Positions 13,130 through 25,500 are shown, numbered from the stretch's first letter. The stretch: DNA of 64,000 nt from Lama guanicoe (GCA_013239625.1 MU054693.1:248001-312000); one strand, 5' to 3'. The notes: generated by a model from the letters alone, not told the origin. A program made the numbers and translations.

Positions 13130-14540
13130 CTGGAGTCTCTAATTTTCTTTTTAGAAAAGAAAACAAAACACTTGAACCTCAATGTACAAATGAATATAGG
13201 ATAAGGGGAAAAAAGTAGAAAGGAAAAGGAAAAATTACTCTCAACCAGAATCATAAAATAAAAAACAAAAATTTTAACGTATCAAAAATTATTTGCCCCT
13301 CTTGCCCTGGTTGTGGTCTTGAAATAGCTTCTCCTGAGGAAAAGAACCAGAGCTGCTGGAGGAAATGGCTGATTCATGACCTCAGGAGGGAATTGCACAG
13401 GACAAGCCTGGAATGTGATACTCCAGACAGCAAGGAATCCATCACAGAGACTAGGGTGTGATGAAAGGGTCGTGCCTCAGAAAGATGCCCACCAGCCACA
13501 GACAGGACGAACTGAACATCAGTAAGAGTAATAATTGCATCAGATAAAAATGCACCAAATGTATTTGACTCTTTGAGTTCATAATAACGTTAAGGGGAGA
13601 GAAAACCAAGCCGTATGCATCGGAAGGAAACTAGTGAACCAATAAATTGTTTGAAAACTGGTAAGTAAAGGGAAAGGACTGAACATTTATCCTGCCTTTC
13701 TGATATGATAAACGCTCCCACTGGGTAACCAGTTAGCAGATAGGGGGAAGTTTTTTAATAAAACTGTTCCAACTAATAAACAAAGACAGGATGATGGCAC
13801 TGGAAAATAACCATCTGTAACCCGTGGTGAATTAATGGGTCAGCAGCCACCAGCATCATGCACTGAGCCGCCTGATTGCGCGTGCCTCCTGTTGGTAGAC
13901 TGTAGCACCGCTCGTGAAGTGGTCTTCCCCAAAAAAAATCAAGCCTGAATCTCATCTAATTACCAATTTACAGAAAATACAGAGTAAGGAGGAACATGTA
14001 AAGTATGCCATCAGCAAAACCCAGACTGTGGGAAACTAGAAAAAATGACCCAGTCTCTTCAACAAATAAAATTGTGGGGTGGGGAGGCAGTTGGGAGACT
14101 GAGCCCTTAGTTTAGGAGAGACTGACAAGACATGTCAGCCAGTCACACTGTGTCAATCATATTCAGATCCTGGTACAAGCAGACCTTAAAAATACAGTTC
14201 TTATGAGACGTTGGAGATTTGCATGCCGACTCGGCTGCAGGTCTGGTGATACAGGAGAGCTCCTGTTGCTTTACGTGCGGGGTAGCACCATGGTAATGCT
14301 GTCTTGTTTTCAGGGCCCTCTCTTTTACAGATGCAGGCTGAGCTATTTGTAGAGAAAATGATGCCATGACTGTTACTTGCTTCAAGATAATATAGGAAGG
14401 GAAATGTAGGTGAGGGAGTAGGGAAAACAAAGATTTGCCAAGAGCTGTGATTGTGGACATGTGGGTCCATGGGGGTTTCTTTATGCTATTTCGTTTTCTT
14501 CTGTGTATTTTTTAAGTCTTCCATAATAAAAAGTTTAAAG
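13130..14540 (+). mobile_element. Old L1 3' region (L1MC4/5-like)
   Basis: aaaagaaccagagctgctggaggaaatggctgattc..., cagcaaaacccagactgtgggaaact and an end of tcttccataataaaaagtttaaa are typical of the L1MC 3' UTR. Confidence 0.8.
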
Positions 14541-14619
14541 CAATTAATTGAGTCAGTACTTCTGGGAGCAGGGTAGATTTCATTTCGTTTTGTTTTGATT
14601 TGGTGGCACCCATTGCTAA

Positions 14620-15085
14620 CAAGTGGAGTGAAATAAGTGTGTACGGTTCTACAAATCTATCCTCAGGAAATAGTTCCAATCACACCAAACGCTTGGTGAA
14701 CAAAAGGCACACTGCAGCCATGTTAAGGTTGGAGGAAACTGGAAGCGGCTCATGTCCAGCAACAGGAGCGTGGGGAAAGAAGTTACAGCGTATTCATTCA
14801 GTAGAATGCCATGCCGCGTGTAACGCCATTTTTGAAGACTGCACAGCAGTATGGAACAATGTTTAACATCATAACTTTAAATAAAATTTTGATTTGAAAT
14901 TATATAGTTAGTTTCGATTATAGATGTGAAAAATTCAAAAACCATAAATCTTTGATAATAAAAAGATTGAAAGGAAGTACCCCCAAATTTTATTGGCAGT
15001 TATCTGTGGATGGAAAGACTGTGAAGAATTCTTTTCTTTTTTCCTCTAATTTAAAATGTTTCCATCATGAACATTTATTAACTTT
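14620..15085 (+). mobile_element. Old L1 fragment (L1ME-like)
   Basis: aaatctatcctcaggaaata...gaaactggaagc...atgtccagcaacagga...attcattcagtagaat is a degenerate ORF2 end/3' UTR. Confidence 0.6.
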
Positions 15086-16812
15086 TTTTTACTATTAGTT
15101 AACTTTAGAAGACCAAAATTCACTTTTAAAAACAAAAAAATCAAATATAACATTTCTCGTATCTTTACTGTGTGGTTTTTTTGTTTGTTTGTGTTTTCCT
15201 GAATTCCATCTTCAGTAACTTGAGAAACTCCTCAGGGAATTCATCAAGGTCAGCTAGATTGTGTTCCCTTAAGGAAACAGTTGCTTAGTTATCTCTTGTT
15301 ATCGTCAAAGAGAGTTAAAATGTGCAGTTGAAAGTGGTGGCCCTGTTGGAAGAGGTAGCTTGGACCTTCACTGTAAACCAGCGAGAGGCTATTTAATTTC
15401 AGTGCTTATGACCACAAAACTATAACCAGCCGGGTTCCTTGCCCTCCCTGCCTGCCTCCCGGCAGGCTGCCTGTAAACTAGAGACAGTTTCTGTTTCTAC
15501 CTAGGTGGCTTATTGGCATCCGTAAATAGCAATTTCCAATTATACGAGAGATGAGCCATGAAATGTCACACGGTGTAGCAGTATTTAAAGTACTCCCCAG
15601 AAATAAGATACTTTTATTAACATTCTCTTAAATGTGAACAAGCCTATCATCTCTTTTTCTTACCCTGTTGATACTCTGTACCGCTTTGGGCATATAGAAA
15701 CAGGTCAGCCCAGCACTAGACATAGTAAAGGAATCTGGTTGTTAGTAATGTTCATTGATACCCAGGGTAACCAGGTAGAGAGGACCGTTATTTTGGGGGA
15801 CAGTAGATTAAGAACTGCACGGAATAGGAAAATGAGGGGAGGAGGCTGGGAGGCAGCAGCGCGGGAAGGGCCTGCACGTTGCGGCTGCAGGAGCGAGGCT
15901 TTGTTTGGGGCTGCGGTGCTTGGCTTGGTCCGGCAGGGCTCCTTCTAGCCCGTCTGTGATGCCAGGCCCTCCCGGGGCAGCCTGGACAGCGGGCCTTGGC
16001 CTGGGTCCTGCGCCGAGTCTGCCTTGAGGGTCTCATCTAGGAAATGAAAAGAGGCTTGACAGAGTGCTCAAAGGCTTACATGAGCCCCTGAAAGAAAGGA
16101 CGGTGCCCTTCCTGTTCTGGGGGCCGAGCCTGCTCAGCAGGCACAGCCAGGCGCTGCTTCCCTGGCATATGTGACACTGCACTTTTTTTAGGTTTTTTTT
16201 TTTTTTAATCTATAATGTGTGCTTAGGTTCTAAGAGAATAAAAGCACTTATATGTGTTTCCAGGATCGTGTTCCATTTTGGAGATAAAATTCAGCTACCT
16301 TTCCCTTACCTTCAGACGAGCTCCACTTTCTACCAGCAGTTATCAATAGATAGTTCAGCCAGGGGCATTTGGTGCCCGCCTCCCCCACTCCCCACTGTAG
16401 TCTGCATATTCCACGGGTGTGCATCGGGTCATGACATAATATGAAAACAAATGTTGTCACTGAATGCCAGAATCATAGGATAGCCTTTGAAGAAGGTAAC
16501 CCTAAGACAGAAAAAAAAAAAGGGAAATTTACTTTATCCAGCTGATAGCCAACATTTGGAACTTATCCTGAGAATTTATAAGCCAAGGTTATAAATAAAT
16601 TCAGGGTAGTTAAATGAATTGGGACCTGCACCCTCTTTAATGCCTTAGGATGCGAGCACCAGGGGCACCATCGTGCCTCCATCTGCGTGGCCTCTGGGGC
16701 ATCTCTCGAAAACAGGAGGGAGGTGATCCTTTCTTCTCGTGATCTTGCCCGGTTCAGGTGGTTTGCATGTCCAGGTGTAAGCTTTCATGTTTGCATGCAC
16801 GTGTTTTGACAG

Positions 16813-16920
16813 GTGACCTTGGGGAAGGTGTTGAAAGTGATTGTCGTCATGCGAAGCCTGTTCATTGATCGAACGATAGTAAAGGGGTATAATGAAAACG
16901 TGTACACAGAAGATGGCAAG
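16813..16920 (+). CDS. MED27: MED27 internal coding exon (108 nt, 36 aa; probably exon 5)
   Basis: ttttgacag|GTG ... AAG|gtaagc; translates VTLGKVLKVIVVMRSLFIDRTIVKGYNENVYTEDGK. Confidence 0.97.
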
Positions 16921-17216
16921 GTAAGCGTTCCGCAGTCTTTTGTTTTGTTTTTCCCTTTATTTTCTGTATCCCAGAGCAAATGTAGTCAAGTCCCAGATGA
17001 ATGACATTAAACACTAGCAATCATAGCTGAAATGATCAACAAGCACAGATTTATCAGTAGGAGGCTGAACGCTTTACAAAACACATTTCTCTCTCTCCCC
17101 TTGCATTTTTCATCAAGCCTCTGCTTTTTCCTTTAAGCCCGATGCCCTTAGTTGAATTTCTAATTTATCACCTTAGACCCAGTTGCCTCATTAAATGTGT
17201 CTGCTGAGGAAATGGA

Positions 17217-17309
17217 TTTCTTCCTTTCTGTTTTTCTCTTTTTCTTTCTTTCTTCCTTTCCCTTTTTCTTTTTTCTTTCTTTCCTTCTCTTCCTTTCTCT
17301 CTTTTTCTT
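17217..17309. repeat. Low-complexity (CT)-rich polypyrimidine tract
   Basis: 93 nt of C/T with a single G. Confidence 0.9.
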
Positions 17310-18269
17310 GCCTATTCATGCAGCACATCAGTAGGCCAGGGTTCAGCGTTTTGCTTTTCCTAGAACCACGAGGAAAATTCGACTTAGTTTGACACACAAG
17401 CTGATGACGCACTCGTCCCATGAAACTAACGCCTGGCCCCCAGAGTTTGCTTAGCCGCAGCCATGCCTGTTGAGCCCTACAACTGAAAAATGATACGTTA
17501 TTTCCACGGGTGGCTTGTTTCATGGGCAGTTCACCCATGTGGACCCCTGGTTTCTCTTGACTGCACACTCTCCATATGGCTCTATAGAGAGCATCAGAGG
17601 ATGCTGATGGGAGCTGACAGCCCCCATTTGTGTCTGATTCCAGGGAGTAATGAGCATTCTGCCAGAGACACCCACCCAGGTTCACCCTGGTCACTTCCTG
17701 AAACTGAGCCCCCATCTTCCCCTCTCCCTGGAGCTTTCCCTTCTCCTTGTGAATCCCATTAAAACTTACAAGTTTGTTATTAGCAGCACTTACGACCAAC
17801 GGCCATGGTATAATGAGGATAGAATGTTGTTCAGAAGCAGAGGATGAAGGTAGCTTAGCGTATAACAGCGTGTGGTACAGGTGTGCTCCATAGAGAACGG
17901 GGTTTGCGCTTTGAACAGGTGACCCACGTGTCCCCGCTTCCCATTCCACATGAATGTTGTCAGCCTGGGAAGGGGCCTGACTCCAGGACGCCTGCCGAGT
18001 GCCTCATAAACCTCCCTGTTGATAGTAAAACATCCCTTGAGGGAAGACTTCCTTTTTACTTTTAGAGAAACCAAAATATCTTTGGAACAAGTGTGGAGAA
18101 TGAGGTAGGTGAGTGGGGCAAGTGTGATCTGTGGTGTGCAGGACTCACAAACCCTGATGGCAGCTCTAAGCAGGGAGCTGCAAACCACTCGGCCGCAGCA
18201 GGAGCGGCGCGGGGGCAGCGGGTGCTCACGTAGAGACATGGTTCTCGTGCCTCTGTTCAAGATTGACAA

Positions 18270-18404
18270 GGGGGAGGGTATGGCTCAGTGGTAGAGCGCA
18301 TGCCTAGCGTGCGCAAGGTCCTGGGTTCAAACCCCAGTACTTCCATTAAAAATAAATTAAAAAAAAAAAAACTCCCAAAATCTTTAAAAATAAATAAAAT
18401 TTTT
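18270..18404 (+). mobile_element. tRNA-derived SINE, camelid Vic-1-like, full length
   Basis: GGGGAGGGTATGGCTCAGTGGTAGAGCGC (A box)...GGTTCAAACCC (B box), A-rich tail, 14-bp TSD ttcaagattgacaa (18256-18269) / ttcaagatttacaa (18405-18418). Confidence 0.9.
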
Positions 18405-19129
18405 TTCAAGATTTACAACCGTATGGTCATACCTGGTGTGAAACACAGCCCTGGCTCTCCACAGACTTACAAGTGACCTGGGGAAATAAAGAACAAGTAC
18501 ATAAAAGCTGGGTGATAACAACGGCCATGCTGCGAGAGACACCACGTCCCGGGTGCACGTGAAGCCTGCTCTGAGCTTGGCTTGTAAGCAGTGGTAATTT
18601 GACTGCTTTGCAGGATATCGCTAACATATTTACTTACCTGCCCCATACTGAGAGTGTCCGAAATAATATGAGCACTTTGCCACCTGCTTACTGCTCAGTA
18701 GATGATTGCTAGTGTCACTTATACTCTGCACTTAAAACAGGGGAATTAGAAAACACCTCCAGAGTTTCTCTCCGATCACCCCTCCTCAGCTGCTACGGGA
18801 AGTCCCTTCTCGCCCGTCTGTCCCGTGGCTCCCAGGTTTTGGGGGTTCAGTTCCCTTCCACCCATGCCCCTCGGCCATTCTCATCCGTCCCTGTGGTTTC
18901 ATGTGCCCCTCAACTCCCACGGGGATCACTCTTGATTTGTGTCGAGGTCAGACCTCTGCTCTGCAGGTGGACCTGGAGTTCAGCCTGTGCAGATCTGCAC
19001 TCAGCTCCCCCTGCTGTTCCTTATCCCGGGTAACTGTACCCCCAGCGGCTCGGCCTTCCTTCCCTCCCTCACGTGTAGCCTGAGCATGGGTTGTGACGAG
19101 TCTCCCTCTTTACCCCTGCAGTTGGGCCC

Positions 19130-20080
19130 CCCTGTCCATCCCCTTTTCCCTCAGGTTCTCATTACCTCGCTGCTGAGCAGCTGCACCAGCCTGCTCACCT
19201 CTAGTCTCCAGTTGTGCTTCCCTCCTCCAGTCTGTCCTGCATGTGGCCTCCAGAGCTGTCTTCCTCAAACACACGTGCAGCAGCATGATTTCCTGCTTTG
19301 TGCCATCTCCCTGCTGCCCAAAGCACGAAAGAGGGGTATTAGTAGATGTTTGGCACAAAGCAGTCCGTGGTCAAAAAAGTTCGAGAAATCCTGGGTTCGA
19401 GAATGTTCAGTAGGTTTCTTCATAGTAGAAATTCTTCATTTGCTTATGTGCCTTAAGAATCTCCCAAGAAGGGTATATAGTATGCAGTATTTTCCTAACT
19501 TCTTTGACCATCACTTTTTTATTCTTCCATTATTCTTAGAGCATATTATGACACTGGCATTTGGCAAAACACGCTTCTGAAAACTCTGGCTTGTAGAATA
19601 AAATCCAGACTCCTTGACAAGGCACAGAAGTGCCATGATCTGGCCCCTGCCTGCCTTTCTGACCTCGCCTGCCATCATTCTCTCTGTACATTTTGTCTTA
19701 CTTTCCAGGCTTTTGTACTGCTTTTGGCTCCCAGAACGTGCCAGATTCCTTCATATGCTTGCACCTGCTCTGTGCCCTTGACCTGAGATGCTTGCCCTTC
19801 CTGTTCACCTGACAAACTTACTCTTCCCTTCACGCTGGCTGAATGTTGTCTTCCTTCTCGTCCTGTCCCCAGTTCCCCAGAGGCCTCTTCTAGGAACATG
19901 GGCTCTGGGGATGGCAGGGCTGGGTCTGCCTCTGCTTACAGCACAAATCACCGTCATCGCTGATACAGCATAGCATTGTGAACAGTCTTTTTCTAGTGCC
20001 AGAGTGAGTGCATCCTGACTCTTTATTGGCATTTCTATCCTGCAATTAATAAAAATACAAGCACACTCCATGTCTGGTCT
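19130..20080 (+). mobile_element. L2 fragment split by a DNA transposon
   Basis: L2 motifs on both sides (tagaataaaatccagactccttg, gccatgatctggcccctgcctgcc) of an unrelated insert. Confidence 0.55.
19330..19590. mobile_element. MER112-like hAT-Charlie DNA transposon
   Basis: gtggtcaaaaaagttcgagaaatcctggg...aatctcccaagaagggtatatagtatgcagtattttcctaacttctttgacca (internal inverted symmetry typical of MER112). Confidence 0.65.
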
Positions 20081-21072
20081 GGTAGGCATTGTGCTGAGCA
20101 AATTTTGCATTGGTTATCAAATCCTAGGTACCGCTTTTAGACTCATCTCCCAGGTCAGGAAACCGAGACCCAGAACGGTAAAGGGACTTGCCCACAGTCA
20201 CACACTGAGCCAGACCTCAGCCCTCTGTCTGCGAGGAGCTCCTCGAGGGCCCAGGCTCCATCCCGAGACTCTCTCCCGGGACATACCTCAGTGCCTGCAG
20301 CACAGCAGAGTAATAACGTGTGGGAGGGGATAATGAAAGAGCCTCCTGGGGATGCGAAGATGTTCTAGCTGGGATGGAGGAGTGGAGAATCAAACATTAG
20401 AGATGGGCACTAAACGAAGCAGCAGAGAGTGAAGTCGTAAATAAAGCATGAAGGAGACACACATGTGTGCACCCAGGTCACGTTTTCCTGGTGAGAAATG
20501 AGCGTGGTTGTCTGTGCACCAGAAAGAGAAGGAGTGTGTGTCTGGGAACCTGAGTTCTACTGACTCGTGTCATCAGTGTGATACAGGAGGCCTCCTGCTC
20601 CGTTTTACAGCTCGTCCATTGGCCCTGGAGATGAGCAGGGACCCTGAAAAGAGGGAGAGCAAGATTGAGAGGCCCGGGTCCATTTGTCATTTTAAAGGTA
20701 CACTAACCACATTTGGCAGAGAAGTGCTCAAATGACCGCTCTGTCCAGAATCAAATCCTAGTCAATCTGATTAACCCCCTTTTTTCATTGTACTTTACAA
20801 ATGATAAAAATAAAATCACGCAGACATTATTAGTGTTCCGTTTTTAGGACTGACACTGGCATATGTGAACTTATGTATATATATACATATAAGCGTCAGT
20901 GCAGTTAATGTGCTGAAAGCTCTAGCACATCCCAAGTAAGATGCAGCATTTGGAAGGAACCATTGGAGCCCGAGGTGTGGTCTCTGGGAACAAACTGGCG
21001 CCTGCAGTTTTGCTGTCCCGAAGGTGCAGCCCTGCGTCTGCTGAGTCAGGGTTTAAGCAGTTGCCTGGGGGC

Positions 21073-21173
21073 TGGGGGCTAGGGGCTGGGGTGGGGCGGG
21101 GCAGGTAACTGCTGCAGCCTCTATGGGGGCTAGGGGCTGGGGGGGGGCGGGGCAGGGAGCTGCTGCAGCCTCT
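21073..21173 (+). repeat. G-rich tandem duplication, 2 copies, period 51 bp
   Basis: 21073-21122 and 21124-21173 match at 47 of 50 positions. Confidence 0.92.
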
Positions 21174-22654
21174 GAGGGCAGGGCCCCTGGTGCAGCGGGT
21201 GTGGCTTAGAAGGCCTCACCTCCTCCTGCCTGTGCTGTCGTCTGAGCCTTCCAAGCCCAGAGCAGCCGGCTTCTGAAAGGTTTATAGTTACCCGTCCTGC
21301 TACAACAGTGGTCCCACTAATATCCAGCTTGAGTGGGTTTTTGCCTGTTAGAATCCCAGCAAGCCTGTCTGCCACTTCGCACTGACAGCCGCCACCACCA
21401 CCCTAATCGTCGTGTCTCTTTCCCTGTGATGCATCTTTTTGATGCCGAGCACCGGCAGACTAATCCCGCTAATAAAATATAAAAATGCTGTTGAGACTTA
21501 CCAGCCCGCTCGTCACTGTCATCGGGGAGGAGCAAGGAGCTATGCGTCAGCGTGTTAAAAGGCAGGTTTAAGTTGGTACCTGGCCATTGTCCTGACTTTA
21601 TACCAGGCAGACTTAACTGAAGAAAATATCAGTGTCTCAGCTGAGTTTGTCTTACTAGGGGATTTTAGGTTATGTTAATGCTATAGCTTCATTAATTACC
21701 CCATATCAATAAAAAAAAAGGCAGCTTTTAGCCTCCTAGCGCAAGAGAGGAGAAGAAATGGTGGTATCAAAGGGAACCTTCAAAGACAGCCAGAGCTGTC
21801 TCCAGGGTAATTTCTGATCCCGCACTCTTCCCACTTCAAAGTTGGATGTGTGTGTGTGTTTGGGTCGAGGGGGCTGGGGGAGGCTTGAATCTGATTTCTC
21901 TAATAAGTGTTGGCGTCAGCCCCGTTTGATATTAGATGCAGGGAACATTTTGATTTGTTATAGCCTTTGAAATTGTTCAGACGACCTTCAGAAAAATGGC
22001 CTCTTGTTCCTTACGGGGGAAGGGTGAAAGCTGGGAAGGGGGAATCCGGTTTCATTCATATGCAGAGGATGCCCTGAAATTGTGCTTTCAGCAGTTTTTT
22101 AGTAACAAATGTATGTCCTGATTGAAAGTGAAAAGTTGAAGAATAACAGACCTGTGAAACTTGTTCACTTTTTTATTCTCCAGGGGAGGGTGGGCAGACT
22201 TAAGCAGACGACCAAATTGAAGCTTATGGTTCTGAAAACTCGGCTAAACCATGGAGAAATCTGTCCCCATTGCTGGTTGATAGCATCGTACCCTTACTGA
22301 CACGTCACCTGTTAACCTTGCAGGACGAAGCTGATAGTAACTAAGAGCTTTAAAAGTTGAAGCCCCTGTGAGGCTTACGAGTTTTATTTGGAGGTGTCAG
22401 TTTTAGATCATTTATAGTTCATGGTGCTATTTTTTGAGATGAAGAATTGATAACGTTTCTGATAAGCTGCCGTAATTCTCACTTGCTGCCGAATGCATTT
22501 TAATGGCGATGACTGTCACATCAGCAGGGCTGGGAGATTTGTCCTGTTGAACTCTGCAGGAGTGCTCCCCACCCCCGCCCCCGGAGCTGTGGCAGCGTAG
22601 GGGGCACATTGAGTCAGCCTGCCTTCCCAGTTCTAGCTGCAGGGCCGTCTTCCT

Positions 22655-22860
22655 CCCAGGCTAAGAGCTGGGCCTCTGGAGACAGACCCGGTGTAGAATT
22701 CTCAACCACATACTGTGATGTTGGAAAAGTTGCTTAATTTCTCGGAGCCTCATTTTCCCCATCTGTGAATTGGAAGTGATTTTGTCATCCTCACGAGATT
22801 GCTAGGAGACTTTAGAAAGATAACTCAGGCACAGTGCAAGCTAAATGCACAGTCGTCAGT
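22655..22860 (+). mobile_element. MIR SINE
   Basis: ctctggagacagac...aagttgcttaatttctcggagcctcattttcccc atctgtgaattgg core. Confidence 0.75.
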
Positions 22861-25384
22861 GAATGGTATACGCCCTCACTGGCTGCACCAGAAATGCTGG
22901 TGGAGGCGGGCGTCTTCAGAGTCAGCATTCCTTTGCCTGCTGATTTGAGGACATTCCGATTTTTCTTTTCAGTGAGTAAATTTGACTGTCACTGTTGTCT
23001 CCAGTTCATCTTGTGCATCAAGAGGACCTTTGATGTCTGGCATGTAACCTAAGAGCAGACATGTCTGTGCTAAAGCAGTTGGTCATCTGTGGGGTTTGTT
23101 TCCATTTTACGTGAGAAGAGACCACGTTCTCACCGCTAAAGTACTCATTCCAGTCCCCAGAGTCCCGGAGGCTGCTCCTAAGACTGCAGATTCAGCCACA
23201 ATTACCATAAGTTTGGCTTTTCCATTTTGAAATCTTTCCAGTGCGTACCCAGAATACCGAGGGGTGCTTGCCTTTCTTTTTTCTGACACTTCAGAATAAT
23301 TTCTTATTCATCAGGCTGAAAGTTGGTAGCTTCTAGAATTCTCCTTTTTGGATATTGCAGCCAGCAAAAAATCAGTAGCCATGTCCTCCTTTGCAGCAAA
23401 GAGGCTGAAGCTAATAAATATTCACTTGGATCAGTCCCGGCCCTGAGGAGAAGCAGGGCACTGACTCCAGAAGGCTTGCGTAAATGGCTTTCTTTGGCAT
23501 AAATCTAGCAGAAAATCGAGTACACCCTGCATGCTGTGCCTTCACAGCAAAAGGGGAGCCATTGTCATCGGGTCCCTTTGTTACCCCCGTGCGCCTGATA
23601 AATAGGGCGTATTGTCTGCTGTCCTTCTATCCCAGATGGTCAGAACTGTTCCCTAAGGTCCTGAATAATATATTTAAACCGCCTTCAAAAAGGGCAGCGC
23701 GCTCACTTTGAATGAGCATGGTGTGTTTTGAGAAGCCACAATTAGGCGAGAGAGTCAGTCTCTTAATTAAACCTGTGCATATTTCTTTCTGGATGATTTT
23801 TCTATTAAAACATTTTGCAGATACTGAAGGGTTTATGTGTATAATTTTCTCTTTTAAAGTAAAAACTAACTTTTCAGTCTGTATGCAGATTCTTCCTTTC
23901 TTTTTTCTCTTCCATGGCCCTGTGTTTATGTCTTGGTCTGGCTGGCTGTGTCTGATGTGAACAGGCAGGAAGGATAAACAGTGGAGAACTTCAGAAGAAA
24001 CAGCTGTGGTCTTAAAATGGAAAGAGAACTATATTAGTTTCAAGTCAGACATTGATGTTACTTTTCCTAAAATTCAGATTTAGAATCTTTGGCATGTCCC
24101 TGTCATCTTGGCAGTGATTTGGTAAAACTAAAAGATACAAAAAGTCGTTCTTATTCATTGCTCAATGTCTGAGTAGGCTTTAAATGCTGCATTTTTTAAG
24201 CCCTGGGCCAAACTGTGGCACTAAGATTGTGATGTGAACCCAACTCATCCTCCTTAACATGCCCAGCTGCCCAGCAATTTTCTTCGGCAGAACTGATAAC
24301 CTAGGGAATTAACTTCATATGTTTGTTTTGAGGTTTCCTTTCGAGTTATCTGGAGGTAACATACCAATTTTCCCCCTACAAATTGCTAACCTGTCAAATT
24401 AAAAATCTAAGCCTGAAGATTTTTAAAATTCTTATTCCATCAGTTGACCTAAGTTGGGGGCAGTGACCAAAAGTTGACACCATCTTTCTGGAGAGCAGTT
24501 TAGCCAGAGCAGAAGGGGTCCAGTGGGGGCTCTGGTGGAAATCCAGGAAGGAGATGGTTCGGCAGTGGGGACACAGGGAGGCAAACAGATCCAAATAAAC
24601 GTTTAATCACAATTCTCCCATGATCGTTCTGGATTTGGACCAGCTAAACATCCGCCCTCCGGCAGGAGCCCTGCCAGGGCCAGAGGGGCCTCCTGAGAAC
24701 GACCTTGATTCCTCTGCTTCTGAGCAGGAAGAAGCCGGGGACACTGAAGGCATGCCTGTTCCCGGCCCCACCTCTCATTTCCAAGATGTGTTTTCAGAAC
24801 GCCAGCAGAACAGAAACAGGACTCCAAGCTGTCCCATGTCAGGTGTGGCACTTGACTCCCTGTCTTCCTGCAGGAGCCTTCCCGCCTGGTGGCTCTGCGT
24901 GCTCCCAGGCACTCCAGAATCAGTACTCCCCAGATACAGGCTTAAATCGCCACGTCTCAGGTTTCCACCTTGACCACTGGCCAGCCCCAAGGGCAGCTTC
25001 CAAGAGGCCTATTAAGCAGGTGTCTCAGTTTGCTCATCTCTCGAACTCGCACGTTAAAGTTGACTTTTCAGCCCCCATGGGACACTCTGAAAGCCCCTCT
25101 TTCAGTCTGCGCCATCTCCTGCACTGTGTTGGGGTTAGTTCTGTTTTGCCATACTCCATTTGTTCTGTCCTCTTGAAAAAGCAAGAAGGCACTGATTTGA
25201 TTTTTCATGCAACCTGTGAAACCAGCGCGGCTTTGGTTAGACTGAGCGACGCATTACCCTGTGCAGGACCAAGTGTGGCCAGAGGAGGACTGGACTGGGT
25301 TTACTCCAGACTGTACCCACGTTTCATCTCAGACCTCTGTTTTCCTTGATCAAGAGTTCCTGAGCTGACCAGCCATCCCAGTTA

Positions 25385-25500
25385 ACGGGGGGAACACTGC
25401 CAAAACAAACAGGAGAACAGATTCTCGGGTCCCCTCCAGACCTGTTAATTCAGACACTCCGGGGGAGGGACCAAGGAGTCTGTACAGCCAAGTTTGAGCA
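25385..25500. mobile_element. MER5A-like DNA transposon fragment
   Basis: aacagattctcgggtcccctccagacctgttaattcagacactccgggggagggaccaaggagtctgt. Confidence 0.6.

Noticed and set aside
16921-17004. ORF extension past the 108-nt exon (VSVPQSFVLFF...)
   Set aside because: Read-through into the intron after a consensus GTAAGC donor; MED27 similarity stops at EDGK.
17191-17949. 252-aa minus-strand ORF with a K/E-rich tail
   Set aside because: The tail is the translation of a simple CT tract; it is antisense intronic with no recognisable domain.
18270-18345. tRNA gene (Ala-like A and B boxes)
   Set aside because: Followed by an A-rich tail and flanked by a TSD, so it is a SINE head rather than a tRNA gene.
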